Shown piece by piece: positions 51,501-63,412 of a DNA stretch of 64,000 nucleotides. The notes under the pieces were generated by a model. It was given only the letters and a program-made list of their open reading frames with translations. It did not search any database and was not told the origin of the DNA. The stretch covers positions 127,906,922 through 127,970,921 of the forward strand of contig NC_058130.1 in the NCBI RefSeq assembly GCF_016433145.1, read 5' to 3'. This DNA is from Gracilinanus agilis (Eukaryota). How positions within the stretch are numbered: position 1 is the first letter of the stretch; each line of letters begins with the position of its first letter. The position numbers and the translations under genes were made by a program.

Positions 51501-54500
51501 CCTGCATGAGATTAGTAGTTGATCTAAGCCTGACCATAATCCAAATATAATTTCTGGTGGGAAAGCAATGGCTTAGAGAGCATAAACATTTTGCAAAAAC
51601 CTTACTTTAATGCTCATCATACTATGAAAGTAATCCTGCATCCCTGAGGGGTTGTGACACTGGAACAAAAGTTCCACTGGGTATAACCAAGCTGGAAAGA
51701 CATGATTTGGAAAGAATATGGTCCTGGCAACAGACTGTATCTGCTACCTAAAGACTAATCTAGCAAATTATGGTTCTGATAATGTATGTTAACTGAGAAT
51801 CAGATAGGGTAAAGTAATCAAATTAAATGCTGATAGGAACATTGAGAAACAGATATAATATTACATTGCTAGAGTATCTGTGCATTTGTTTTTTTGGAAA
51901 ACAAGATTCAAATATACATCAAGAGCTATAAGACTATTCATGCTCATTGACCTAGGCATTAATGAGAAGGTAAAAAATTGTGTATGTATGAAAATATTCA
52001 TGGAAATTTTGTTTGTTGTGACAAAATAGCTGGAAATAATACAATGCAATAAATGGGGGAAATGGCTAAATAAATTCAGATATGGTGGATTGTATTGTTA
52101 TTAGAAGTTATAAATATTAGAAATATAAAGAAAATAAGGGGAATATATGATGAGATGAAAAAAGGAGAATAAAAAATAATACATACCATGATTACATTTT
52201 TTTAAATAGCCACAAAAATCAAGGGAAAAAGGATCCGAGTAAAAAAATAATCCAAAGGGAATTCAAAAGCAGAGAATGTTTATAATAGCATGTATACATA
52301 TAATTTACATATTTTTAAACAAATTTTAAACAATGGGGAATTTGCAATCTTGCACATAACTTTTTATGCTTTTAGTTAAATGTTTTTTATTGATAGTAGT
52401 GGTTACTAAGTATATAATAAAAAATAAAAAAAGAAAAGAAAAGAAAGAAAGTCATCTTTTTAGAGTCCTAAAGTCCCCTCCAAATGCTATAGTCATTCTA
52501 ATGTAATTTTTAGTATTCTGATGATATAATTCTCTGGTCCTAGAGTTCTTTCTATATCTGTCATTATCAGTCAATTAAGATATACTAAGAGGGAAAGTTC
52601 AATGCTCAATGCTATAGCAAATATAGTCTAAGAATAAAAGTTAGTAGAATCTTAGCAAGCTAGCTTTGATGTCACAGAAAGACCAATAGAATCAGAAGAC
52701 CTGGGCACCAATTCAAATTCTACCCCATGTGACCTAGGACAAGTCACTTCCCCTCTCTAGTGCTTCAAGATCTAAAGTCCAACTTCCTTACTTTATACAG
52801 ATAAAGAACCTAAGCCCTGGGCTTAGCTTGAAGGTCCCTTCAATTTGCAGACCTGTGAAATATGGTCCAGGTGTATCTTATTTTTGTATCCTCAAAAGAC
52901 TTTTTCATTCTTTTCCTACAGAGTGGAAATTCCCTTCATGTTTCATATGATGCAATCTGGCCTCATCCATGGCCTGGCCTTTTGGTTCGATGTGGCATTT
53001 GTTGGATCACTGTATGTATAATAATAATTGTAATAATAATGACAACTCACATTTCTCTAAGGTTTACAATGTACTTTCCTCACAACACTAACCCACCAAG
53101 GTAGACAATGCAGGTATTATTCCCATTTTACAATGGAAGAAGCTAAGACTCAGAAAGTCAAGCAGTTTGCCCAAGGTCACAATGCTTTTAAATGGTAGAG
53201 CAGAGACTTCCACCCACCCAGACCCTCAGCTCCAAGACTAGTACAACATTCTTTCACCTAGCATTTTTGTAGCATTTTGAAGGTTGGAAAGAGCTTTCTG
53301 TGTTACCTCATTTGATCCTATGAATTCTAACTTCAAGGAGAAAAGTTATGATATTAGTAATTTTGTGATGTTTGTGACCTGGAAATATTTCCTTTTACAG
53401 ACCTACTATGGTATAACCAAATCTCTTGCCTTTTTTCTAACACAAGAGAGGTAGAATGGCATAAGTTGAGCTTGAATTCAAGAAGACCTCTGTTCAAAAT
53501 CTGGCTGTCACATACTAACTAGCACTGTGACTCTGGACAAGTCATTTCTCAGTTGTCCCAAGCAACTACAAGTTGTAGAAAAGTTGGTGATCTGTTTTGG
53601 CAGATGCCATTTCCACACCTGGAATTCCCTATACCAATGAAATCCTAGCTCTGAATCCCATCCACCCAAGTCTTTTTCTCCCCAGTAAATATGAACATAG
53701 TCACCTGGCCTTAGTGCAGGCGCATGTGGCTGAGAATTTTAAGTTGATTACTCTCACTCTCTTGCCACAGTATTTCCTCCAGATTCTAGTTTCCCAGACC
53801 AGAACCTTTAATTGCAGATTAAATGTGTGTAGAATAACAATAGCATCTATCTATAGGTGTTTTATATATACATATATAAAACACCTATAGATAGATGAGA
53901 ATCAAAAGGAAAAAAAGCACTGAGCACAGTGCCTGGCATAGAGTAAGTGCTTCATAAATGCCTGTTCCCTTCCCTTAAAGATTGTTTGTGACAGAATGTG
54001 GTATTCCTGCAGGCTCCCTTTCTGGCTTGAATATAGGCTGCTGACTTGTTTAAGGAAGTAAAAAGCTAGCCTCGTGGCTTTATTGCCAAATCTTCATTTG
54101 CCTTTAAATGTTGTATAACCCCTCCAATTCCTCAGCAAGAGATGGAGGTAACCTTGGGGTCTCTGACGTTCCAGTGGCATTTATATTGTTATGAAAGCAA
54201 ATAAGGATGGGGTTGCAGTCTGTGTCACTCTTCTCTCACTCTCTTATGTTTCCTACCCCCAATCTGCAATTCTCCCAATTCTCCCTCTCCTTCAAGCTTC
54301 TTTCCATTCTTCTTGAGATATATTGATTATACCAACAGGCCAGAACTTGTATTCATCCACATATGCAAGTGTGCACATAACCCAAGAGCAATCTGTTAAA
54401 TCCATTATCTTAGCCCTAGCCTCTTCCAATCTTTAGCACACTTACAGAATGAGAGAATTTCCAAAGCAGGAGAGACCTCAGAGAACCTCCTGTCCAATCC

Positions 54501-54632
54501 ACACTGGCACAGGACTCTCCTTTATGCCATCCCCAACAGTGGTTACCCAGTCTTCATTTGAGGACCTCCAGGGACTGAGAGTTTGTTACTTGCTGGAAAA
54601 TCAAAGCTATTTTCCTGTAACTTTCTAGCCAC

Positions 54633-54673
<41 letters not shown>

Positions 54674-57600
54674 GTGTCTCTCTCTCTCTCTCTCTCTACC
54701 TCTATTTCTCTGCGTGTCTTTCTGTCTCTTTCTCTGTCTGACTGTCTGTCTGTCTTTCTGTCTCTGTCTCTCTCTGTCTGTCTGTCTCTCCCATACACAA
54801 TCTTCAATTTCCTAACTAAATTGCTAACTAAATGCATGCAGCTACTACTGCTTATAATAGAGTATGACATTCTAGTTCAGGACAATGCTAATCATTCATC
54901 TGTTTCTGGCCCTTTATATTAGATCTGTGCTACCACCATTGAGGAGTAAGGAGAAGTTGGAAGATGACATAATATAGAAGAAAGAGCCCTGAATTAGGAG
55001 AGAGAAAAGCTGGGATAAAACCATATCATAATATTATAGACTTAAAAATAGGCATGGCACCAACTTCTTCAATATCCTGGCTAGCTGTCTAAAGTTTTAT
55101 GATGGTCATTTTGTTTCTTGTATTGTTCTTAAAGTACAACACTTAAGGGAAGAATCATAGAATAGTAAATTTAGAGATGGAAGGGTAGTTGGAGGCCATC
55201 TAGTCTGGACCCTCCCCCCCTACCACTACCTGATTTCATGAAAGGAAACTGAGGTCCCAAGAGGTTAAATGACTTTCTTGGCCTTACTATTCACTCCCTG
55301 ATTTTTGGCAAGATCTTTCACCTAACCATGTGATTCTGCCTTTAAATAGGTAGACAAATTTCAGTCCCACATTTTAAAACATAAGAACTATTCTTAGTTG
55401 ATGGGCTATACCAAAGAAAAAAAAAAGGCAAATGGGCTAGATATTATCCTCAGGCCATAATTTGCTGACGCCTACTTTAAATCATAGATCTAGAGTTTGA
55501 AGAAATTATAGAAACCCTCTAGTCCTACTTCCTCATTGAGGAAAGCGAGACCCAGAAAAGTAAAATGATTTATCCAGGGTCACACAAACAAGATTCTATG
55601 ATTCTACAGGTTCGAGTAACTTCTCATGGGTTATACAGCTAGTAAATATCTGAGGTCAGACTTGAACTCAAGAATAGCCACCAGCCTCTCTCTCTATCCA
55701 AATGGAGGAAATCCTGTTGAGCTTGTCAATCCTACATAATGGAAAAGGGGCTTGAGGAATCCAAGCCAGAGGACTGTTGGATTTTTCTAGGGAAATGAAG
55801 AATTTTGAAAGGAGACCCGAGTTCCTATTGCCCTTTGTTTCTTTTTTGGCTTGACAGGGTCACAGTCTGGCTGTCCACAGCCCCAACAGAGCCCCTGACT
55901 CACTGGTATCAGGTGCGCTGCCTCCTTCAGACTCCTCTTTTTGCCAAGGAAGGAGAAACTCTCTCAGGGAAAGTGCTCTTTGTAGCCAATAAGCGGTAAG
56001 TAACCAAGCTCCAATAAGTAGCAGTTTTCTGCTTTGTTAACTAGGCTGGTGAGGGGTAGGAGAGACACCAGAAGCTTCACAGAGCCCCTGAGAAGATGGC
56101 TTTTAGAAGGGGACAGGAGATTTGACCAGGGTCAGCTGGTTTTCTGTCTCCACTAAATCTGCAGGATGGAATTTCACTCCTGGCCTGGAAAACAGAAAAG
56201 AAGGGGATTGCTTCAGACAACTACACGGGCAGCCTTTTGCAGTGGACTGAGAAGGAAGAAAGAAACTTATTAGTTCATCATGGTTCTACCAAATGATTTG
56301 ATTTAGCAAGCCTGAGAGAGACACACAGACAGACACAAACAGACACAGACAGAGAAAACAGAGAAGAGGGCAACAGGATGCCTTCACCTAGCCGTATACC
56401 ACCAAATTTAGTGCAACAAAATTGACTTTTTACTGTAAAGGAAGTCATTGCTGCAGCAGCACATAATTTATTTGGCTGCTTCATTATGCTAATAGATTTA
56501 ATAATGTTCTCACATCAGTTACCTTGGTTTGCCTTTTTTTCCCAAGTAAACTTTATTTCTACTTTGCAGTCGTCATCAAAGAGTTTGATTTTCTCCCTTA
56601 GAGTGGGAGAGATGCAATGGGACTTTGGGTCCTTAGTGCCCTGACTCCCCATCTGCACGTGGAAAACATTCCTTGTAGAATTCTTAACTAGAAACCACCT
56701 TAGCATTAACCTTTCAAATTACCTCAATTGACAACAGAGGCCCAGAGCTGGGACATCACTTGTCCAAGGTATTATAGAACCAGAATTTGAACCAGGACCT
56801 TTGATTTTTGTCTGGTACTTTCCCTCACTGTACCACATTGCCCCTGTAACTGTGCTGTCACTCCTCATGGGTTTGTTGTTCATTTGTTTCAGTTGTGTCC
56901 AACACTTCGCAAGCCCATTTCAGGTTTTCTTGGCAAAGGTATGAGAGTGGTTTGACATTTCCTTTTCCAGCTCATTTTACAGATGAGGAAACTGAGGCAA
57001 ACAGGGTTAAACAACTTACCTGGGGTCACACAGCCAGTAGAAAGCGTCTGAGGTCACATTTGAAATGAGGTCTTCCTGACTCCAAGCCTGGTACTCTATC
57101 CACTGTACCACCTAATCATCCCTCCTTATGGGTATAACATCTTATGAAAATTGGTTCATGAAGCAATTATTTTCCTATTCTCGGTTTTATAGCCAATGGT
57201 AGAGACAAGGGTGTGCTGGCAAATGTTTAGCAACAGACTACCTGGGAGAGCAGGAATGGGTGGGAAATGGTCTTGGGATTCACTTTTACGTTTAATCTGT
57301 ATTATTAACATGTTCTGAACTCTATCCAGCCAAAAAAAGCAATAAGTCAATTCCCGATTTGTAAAATTTGCCAATTTTAGATATATAAATGCTCACCCTG
57401 AAAATCCGATGGTTAGCTTTGGTTCAGGCTGGTTTGAGCTGGCTCCAACATGCCTAGGGAAAGAAGCTTGATGCTCACTGATAGCTGCAGACTCTATCTA
57501 CCTATAATTGAAAAGTAAACAATCCAGTGAATAGGCAGGTTTGGGTTTTTTGGTTTTATTGTCTACCTCATCTAATACTTAGTATGACTGCTTTGTTCTG

Positions 57601-60600
57601 AAGTCTTAGAAAAGGAAATACTTTCAGGGAGACAGGTGGTGTCATGGATAGAGTACTAGAAGTAGAGTCAGAAAGTCTTGAATTTAAGTACAATCCCAGA
57701 CACTAGTTATGGGACCCTAGGAAAGTCACTTAACCTATCTGCCTCCATTTTTCTCAACCATAAAATGAGGATAATAAAATAATAAAATAAATAAAAATAA
57801 TAAAATAAATTTAATTTAATTTAATTTAAAAATTTTAAAAAGCACCTACTTCTGAGGCCATCATGAGGGTCAAATAAGATAGTATTTGTAAAGCACTTGG
57901 CATCGCGTGTAAGATTTCCTAAAGGGGAATCACCTGCCTCAGTGGGATCATTCTCCATCACTGGAGGTTTTCAAGTATATCCTGACTGACCATTTATTGG
58001 CAATGTGGGTGAAGGGTCTCTTGTTCAAGTAAAAGTTAGACTGAACACCTGGGGTCCCTTCCAAGTTTGAGATCTAGTGATTTGGTGAATGAGACAAAAT
58101 GGTGTCATAAAAAGAGTGTGGAGTGTGAGGATGTTAGAAGAACTAGCTTCAAGCCCAGACTCTCCTTACTATCCTATACTTTTCTTACCTTTAAGATTGG
58201 GGGGCACGAGGAGGTGTTTGACCCTTTGACCCAGTAATACCATATGAGGCTATAAAGAGCAAGAGCTGAGAGAAACATTTTTGAAATAGAATGTTGGACC
58301 TGCAGAGGAACAGAATGTCGGTTGGAAGGACTGCAGGGGATCTTGGGAAAAGAACCCAAAAGGGAGAGCTGTTTGGGGGAGAGGGAGAGGAGAGAGGAAA
58401 CAGGAAAGCTTGCCCCAAAGTGAATAATGACAGAGAGAAAGGATCCGGACGCATGAAATTATTTCTAGCAACTCTTTGTGAGTCAACAAACTAGAAACTA
58501 AAGGAGTAACCCATCCATTAGGGAAAGGGCCAGCAAATGATGGTAGATGATAGTCATGATATACCATTGTGCTGGAAAGAGTTTCAGAGAAACCTGGAAG
58601 TCTTGTATGAACTTTTGCAATGTGAAGGGAGTAGAACCAAGAGAAAAGTAATGACCATTTAATAGAGACAAACAGTTTTGAAAAACTTAAGAATACTAAT
58701 CAGCGCCATGATTCCAGAGGATCAGCGATGAAACATGCTACCTACCTTAGGACACACAGAGGTGATGGACTTAGAGCACAAAATGAGGCAGGTTGTTGGG
58801 GTTTTTTTTTAAAGACGTTGTCAATGTGGAATTTTTTTTTTGCTTGACTATTTGTATTTGTTACAAGGGCTCATTTTCCCCTTTGTTAAGGGAAGGAAGA
58901 TAAAATAGATATTTTTGTTCACTGAAAAAAGATTTTTTTTTTAAAATGAAAAGTATTGGTTTAGTTTTCTAATATTCCTTCCAGCCCTGACATTCTGTGA
59001 TCCTGTGATTCATTGCATTACTTTTCAGGCAGTTACAGGAAAAGATTCTGCACCCCCAATTAAGCAGGAAGGGGGCACATAGAGATATCAAATATTTTCA
59101 TTTAGTACCTTGATAATGCCACTCTAGCAAAAGAACTATAAAGGCTGATTATAAGTTAATGTGTTTTTTGTTTGTTTGTTTTTTGTATTACAGACAGAGT
59201 TATGACATTCAGATTGTGGCCATAGTGAACCAAACAGGCTTCAAGTCGGGTAATATTCTTGATTTAAAGAACCCATTTTTTAGGTAAGAAAATTGCCCTC
59301 ACTATTTTAAATGTATGTGAAATGTATGATCTGATTTGATCAGCAGCATAAATAGAGACAACACGACTCTGTGTTACCAAAAGGCAAGGGAAAAAAACCA
59401 ACAATAGTAGGAAACTTAAAAATAGACTCTACATACAAGATGGTACAGTGGATAGATTGCCAGGCCTGCAGTCCAGCAGACTCATTTGCCTGAGTTTAGA
59501 CACTTAAAGAGCAACGTGACCCAGGCAAGTCACTTGACCCTGTTTGCCTCAGTTTCTTATCTATAAAATGAGCTGGAGAAAGAAATGGTAAACCACCGCA
59601 ACATCTTTGCTTAGAGAACCCCAAATAGGGTCACAAAGAGTCAGACAAGTCTGAAACAACTGAACAACAGCAATACAAATAAGTACTGGCTTTGGAAAGG
59701 TCCTGGGTCCAAATCCAGATTATTCTGTTAATTAATAATGTAACCTTGGCCAAGTTATTCCTTTCTTTCAGCCTCCATTTTCTCATCTATAACACATAAT
59801 GAGGCTAGTCTAGATGATTTCTAGACCCTTACCAGATCTAACAATCTATGAATTTATATGATGTATTTATTATTAGAAAATTAGTTTCTAGAATTAGTTT
59901 CTAGGAAAGTTCTAGAAATAATTCTAGAAAAATTGTAATTAGAAAAGAGATAAATTAGGAGTCAGAGCCTCTTTGCATAAACTTGATAACTCATTTGTCC
60001 TTTCTGGGTCTGTTTTCTCAAATGTTAAGTAAGGAAGTTGGACTCTTATCATCACTAAGATCCCTTCCAGCCCCAGCATTCTGTGAGATAAATGCAATGG
60101 GAAGAAAACTGGTATTGGGTTCACAAGATCTTTGTTTCAATCCCAAGTCTGCTATTTATTAAAATCAAAATGGGAAATCCAAAAGGAACCTTAGAGGTCA
60201 TCTAATCTGACCCTTTCTCCAAGTAGTAAGTGACCAAGCTAGGATTCAAAATCACTGGTCTCCAACCAGTACTATTCCCACTATATCCCATTGACTCTCC
60301 CAACTCTGTGATTATGAATGAGTCACTTAATGTCTCAGCCTCAGTTTCTCATTTGCAAAATGAGAATAAAAAATAGTTGCTCTTTTTGCCTGAGCAGACT
60401 GCTAAAGTCTCAAATGAGATATTACATATAAAACAGTAAACCTTATTGTTACAGATTAATGTTGATATTATTTACCATATTTTAAATAGTATGTTCCCAT
60501 GTCATATTTAAATTTTGACTCCATTGCAGTGCAAGTTTCCAGGAACATCTCTACTGTGTAAAGTTAAGTTTTGCCATTTTGTTTCAATGATGTAGATTTA

Positions 60601-61835
60601 ACATTAATTTCTTGAAAATTTTTTCCATACTTTCTACGACTCTTCAAAACAAACTAATTTAAAATCCAAAAATGGAAATCTGCCACTAATTCAACAAGTG
60701 ATTTCCACTAATTTGGGCTTCTCTTATTAAAAATCTGAGTGTTGAGTTTTCTTGTTTAATCATTTGTCTGGAAAGCTTATATTCCAACTGCCTTTGGCAT
60801 TTATGATATTAAAACATATGAGAAAGAAAGGAAGTTCAAGAATTTCCTTTAAATCCACTTTCAGAAATGAAAAAATAACCCATTTTATTTCCAGTGGAAC
60901 TTTACTCTTAAAAAGTGCTTCTCTCCTAAGCAACCTTGTGAGGTAGGTAATACAAATATTATGGCCTCTACTTTTTAAATATGGAAACTGAGGTTTGGAG
61001 ACCTGGAAGGGTCATACAATGTATAAGTGTCAGAACTAGGATTTGAACACAAGTGTCTCCTCATTTGAGGGCTCATTTCACCTCTCCAGGGCCCCTCTCC
61101 ATGTGCATGTGCCCACAAGTAGGCTAAGCCTTAAAATATAAAGTGAAACAAAGACCCAGGAACAAGCCATGTGAGCAAATGATTTGGAAGAAAAAGAAGT
61201 GAGCCTTTGCAATACATTGATAATCTTGGGTTTAAATTGATTAATTTTTCTCCAGTATTAGATTGAATCAAAGGAAACAGGATCAATTCCTGGGTTCCCC
61301 CACTTATTCTGTGACTTTGGGAAAGCCACCTAACTGCAGGGGAAGCCAATTACTTTATCTATAAATTGGGGCAGTGGGGAGAGGGTGGCTATAGACTAGA
61401 CCATCTTTGACTTTAGAGATGGAAACAAGCTGTCCCTTCTAACTTTAAATCCAGTGACTATTCTTGCTCCCTCCACATGAAAAAGACAGTTTCTGCCCTC
61501 AAGGAATTTGCATTCTAAGGAGGGAAGACATTTAATAGAAAGCTGAAAAACTGAAAGTGGGGGAGAGGGAAGAAGAGCTTCCTGGGTTTGTCTGTTGGAC
61601 GCAAAAGAAATTCTGAAGAGTCAAGAAATAGAAGGCAGAGAGGAATCAAGAAGGGAACCAAGTGAATGAATGCATTATTTTGTTTAAAGGACCCTAAGGA
61701 TTCTGGAAGACTACAATTAGCTAAACTCTCAGCCTATTTAAAAAAAAAATATTCCCTCCATTTAGGTATCTCAGATGGCCCTCCTGGCCTCCAGAAGCTG
61801 GGAATTCATTTTATCTTCCTTCTGTGGAAGACTAG
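21375..61835 (+). CDS. CARM1-like: CARM1-like (PRMT4 paralog) arginine methyltransferase, 8 exons, 5'-partial
   Basis: Exons 21375-21552, 23779-23869, 42059-42140, 47649-47734, 52922-53011, 55858-55995, 59194-59283 and 61766-61835 total 825 nt. All introns are GT-AG and phases are consistent, with no internal stop. Double-E loop [18 protein letters not shown] and THWYQ loop are intact. Confidence 0.93.
23226..23572. mobile_element. Tc1/mariner-type MITE with nested SINE
   Basis: TIRs cagggtgtccc / gggacaccctg, TA at the 3' end. SINE fragment at about 23373-23540. Confidence 0.7.
23779..23869 (+). CDS. CARM1-like: CARM1-like exon ([30 protein letters not shown])
   Basis: ttcattag acceptor, gtaatg donor, 91 bp, phase 1 to 2. 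Confidence 0.95.
27105..27305. mobile_element. hAT MITE, 201 bp
   Basis: TIRs caggggtcggcaac / gttgccaacccctg. Perfect 8-bp TSD ggccagag (27097-27104 and 27306-27313). Confidence 0.92.
29431..29745. mobile_element. Tigger-like MITE, 315 bp
   Basis: TIRs caggtatccctcccacat / atgtggaagggatacccg (16/18), flanked by TA on both sides. Confidence 0.88.
31998..32186. mobile_element. hAT MITE, 189 bp
   Basis: TIRs cagtgatgggcaaact / agtttgtccattactg. 8-bp TSD cactatac/caccatcc (6/8). Confidence 0.85.
34683..34831. other. Assembly gap (149 N)
   Basis: Run of N. Confidence 1.
38509..38718 (-). mobile_element. tRNA-derived SINE
   Basis: Full-length copy with poly-T tail and TSD atggtccat on both sides. 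Confidence 0.88.
42059..42140 (+). CDS. CARM1-like: CARM1-like exon ([27 protein letters not shown])
   Basis: cattctag acceptor, gtaagt donor, 82 bp. Confidence 0.95.
43541..43743 (+). mobile_element. tRNA-derived SINE with internal deletion
   Basis: Head gggagcagctgggtagctcagtgg, A-rich tail, repeat taaattgagaagagaga on both flanks. Confidence 0.85.
47649..47734 (+). CDS. CARM1-like: CARM1-like exon ([29 protein letters not shown])
   Basis: ttttccacag acceptor, gttggt donor, 86 bp. Not in the ORF track; found by reading the sequence. Confidence 0.95.
48960..49260 (+). mobile_element. CR1/L3 3' relic
   Basis: ttctgggcatctcatttttgaaaggatattgaaaaactggag... is typical of the CR1 3' end. Contains a 21-bp tandem duplication of gaagggctatcatgaaagaa. 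Confidence 0.65.
50940..51490 (+). mobile_element. L1 ORF2 endonuclease relic
   Basis: tgtaatgggataaattcacat...atatattgtttacaagaaac (similar to NVNG.NS...ICCLQET). The ORF 51185-51436 fragment NLYAP.../KIIKVVDFN is L1 EN. Confidence 0.8.
52922..53011 (+). CDS. CARM1-like: CARM1-like exon ([30 protein letters not shown])
   Basis: ttttcctacag acceptor, gtatgt donor, 90 bp. Confidence 0.95.
53844..53897. repeat. Perfect palindrome, 26-bp arms with a 2-nt spacer, inside a MIR-like element
   Basis: catctatctataggtgttttatatat-ac-atatataaaacacctatagatagatg. Confidence 0.96.
54632..54790. repeat. Compound (TCTG)n/(TC)n microsatellite
   Basis: Directly visible. Confidence 0.95.
55858..55995 (+). 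CDS. CARM1-like: CARM1-like exon ([46 protein letters not shown])
   Basis: ttgacag acceptor, gtaagt donor, 138 bp, contains the THW loop. Confidence 0.96.
59194..59283 (+). CDS. CARM1-like: CARM1-like exon ([30 protein letters not shown])
   Basis: ttttgtattacag acceptor, gtaaga donor, 90 bp. Confidence 0.95.
61766..61835 (+). CDS. CARM1-like: CARM1-like probable terminal coding exon ((R)[22 protein letters not shown])
   Basis: ttccctccatttag acceptor in the right phase. The peptide aligns to CARM1 [20 protein letters not shown]. TAG at 61833-61835, AATAAA downstream. Confidence 0.72.
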
Positions 61836-61972
61836 ATGATTGTAGGTGGGGAGGCCCCTTGTTAGAGACTCCTGAGTACTATGTAACCTTACCAAGTTTC
61901 TCAAATAATTCTGAAGAGTATGTACTTGGGCACATCACATACCATTTAAAAACCATCTAAATTCCATAGGAA

Positions 61973-61978
61973 AATAAA
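61973..61978 (+). terminator. Candidate polyadenylation signal
   Basis: AATAAA about 140 nt after the predicted stop. Confidence 0.5.
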
Positions 61979-63412
61979 TTTTTATTTCAAAATTCAATCC
62001 TCACATTGTTTAGAGGCAACTAGGTATTGATGCTCTAGGTTTGGAGTCAGGAAGACCTGAGTTCAAATTCAATTTCAGAAATATACTAGCTATGTGATTT
62101 CAGGCAAGTCACTTAACTTCTGCCTGCCTCAACTTTCCTCATTTGTAAAATGGAGATGCACCTACTTTCACAGGTTTGTTATGAAGATCAAATGAGATAA
62201 CATATGTAAAAGTATCCTACCAAACTTAATGCACTAGCTAAAAACTCACTCTCAATATTATTATTTTAAAATTAAAGAAGTAAGAAAAAGCTCTGGGGGG
62301 ACCTGAAGTACTGCCTGTTGAGATAAATTAATAGTGAGCTTATTCTAATTTGAAAGACCTTCAAAGATGGTTGCCTTAGTGCTCAGATCCATAGGAGGCA
62401 TGACTGGATTTGTAGCAGCTTAATTGTGATTAATATCTATAGAAATCAGAGCTTTTTATAGGATTTTTTAAAATAGCTTTCCTTTTTACATAGGGTTACC
62501 AGTAGGTCCCAGGTTGGCCACTCTGTTATAATATTAAAAATAACCTACATTTTTGTAATATTTTAAAATTAACCAAGTGCTTCCCTTTCAAGATCCCTGT
62601 GAGGTTATAGAGAATGACTAATTGTATTCCCATTTTACAAGTGGGGAAGCTAAGACCAAGTGACTTCACTGAGATCACAGAGCTAATAAATGGAAGAGCT
62701 GGAAATTTTCTGTAGATTTCCCAACTTGCTCTTCACTCCATCCCATTTTCTCCTTACAAGTATTTCTTTATTAAGCACTTCCCATGTGCCAGGCACTATG
62801 CTGCACACTCAGAGGAGAGTGAAAAGCAAAAACAGCCGCTGTCCTCAAAGAGCTCATTTTTAGTGAGGGAAACATCATTGAGTAACCATGTACCTACAAG
62901 GTAAACACAGAGAAAATCAAGGTAACGTCAGAGGGAAAGCACCAGCAGTGAGGAAGACCAGGAGAGATCTTCTGTGGATGAAGATGGCATTCTCCCAGAG
63001 TTGTGAAGGAGGCAAAGAGGGAGAGCATTCCAGCGAGACAGCCAGTAAAAGGGCATGAAGACAGGAGATGGAATGTCAGATCTAAGGAACTTTATCGTTT
63101 TATTTTAGATTACGTGAAAGGAAGGAAGATAAGATAGAAGGATAGGAAAAGGCCAGAAGGTAGGGGGCCTTCAGTGCCAGAGCACTTTACATTTAATTCT
63201 AAAATTAATGGAATTTATAGAGCAACTACGTAGATAGAGCACCAGGCTTAGAGTCAAGAAGACCTGACTTCAAGTGTGGCCTTGAATGTGTACTAGCTCT
63301 ATGACTTTGGGCAAGTCACTTAATCCTCTTTGCCTCAGTTCCTCATCTGTGAATGAGCTAGAGAAGGAAATGGCAAACCACTCCGGTATCTTTGCCAAGA
63401 AAACTCCAAAAA

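Noticed and set aside
54625-54922. Arg/Asp/Glu- or Ser/Leu-rich ORFs
   Set aside because: Translations of a microsatellite. The same applies to the 10321-10548 purine/pyrimidine tract.
62494-62560. Alternative terminal exon (RVTSRSQVG...)
   Set aside because: It has an acceptor-like AG but no similarity to CARM1, and it resembles a transposon end. The 61766 exon aligns much better.
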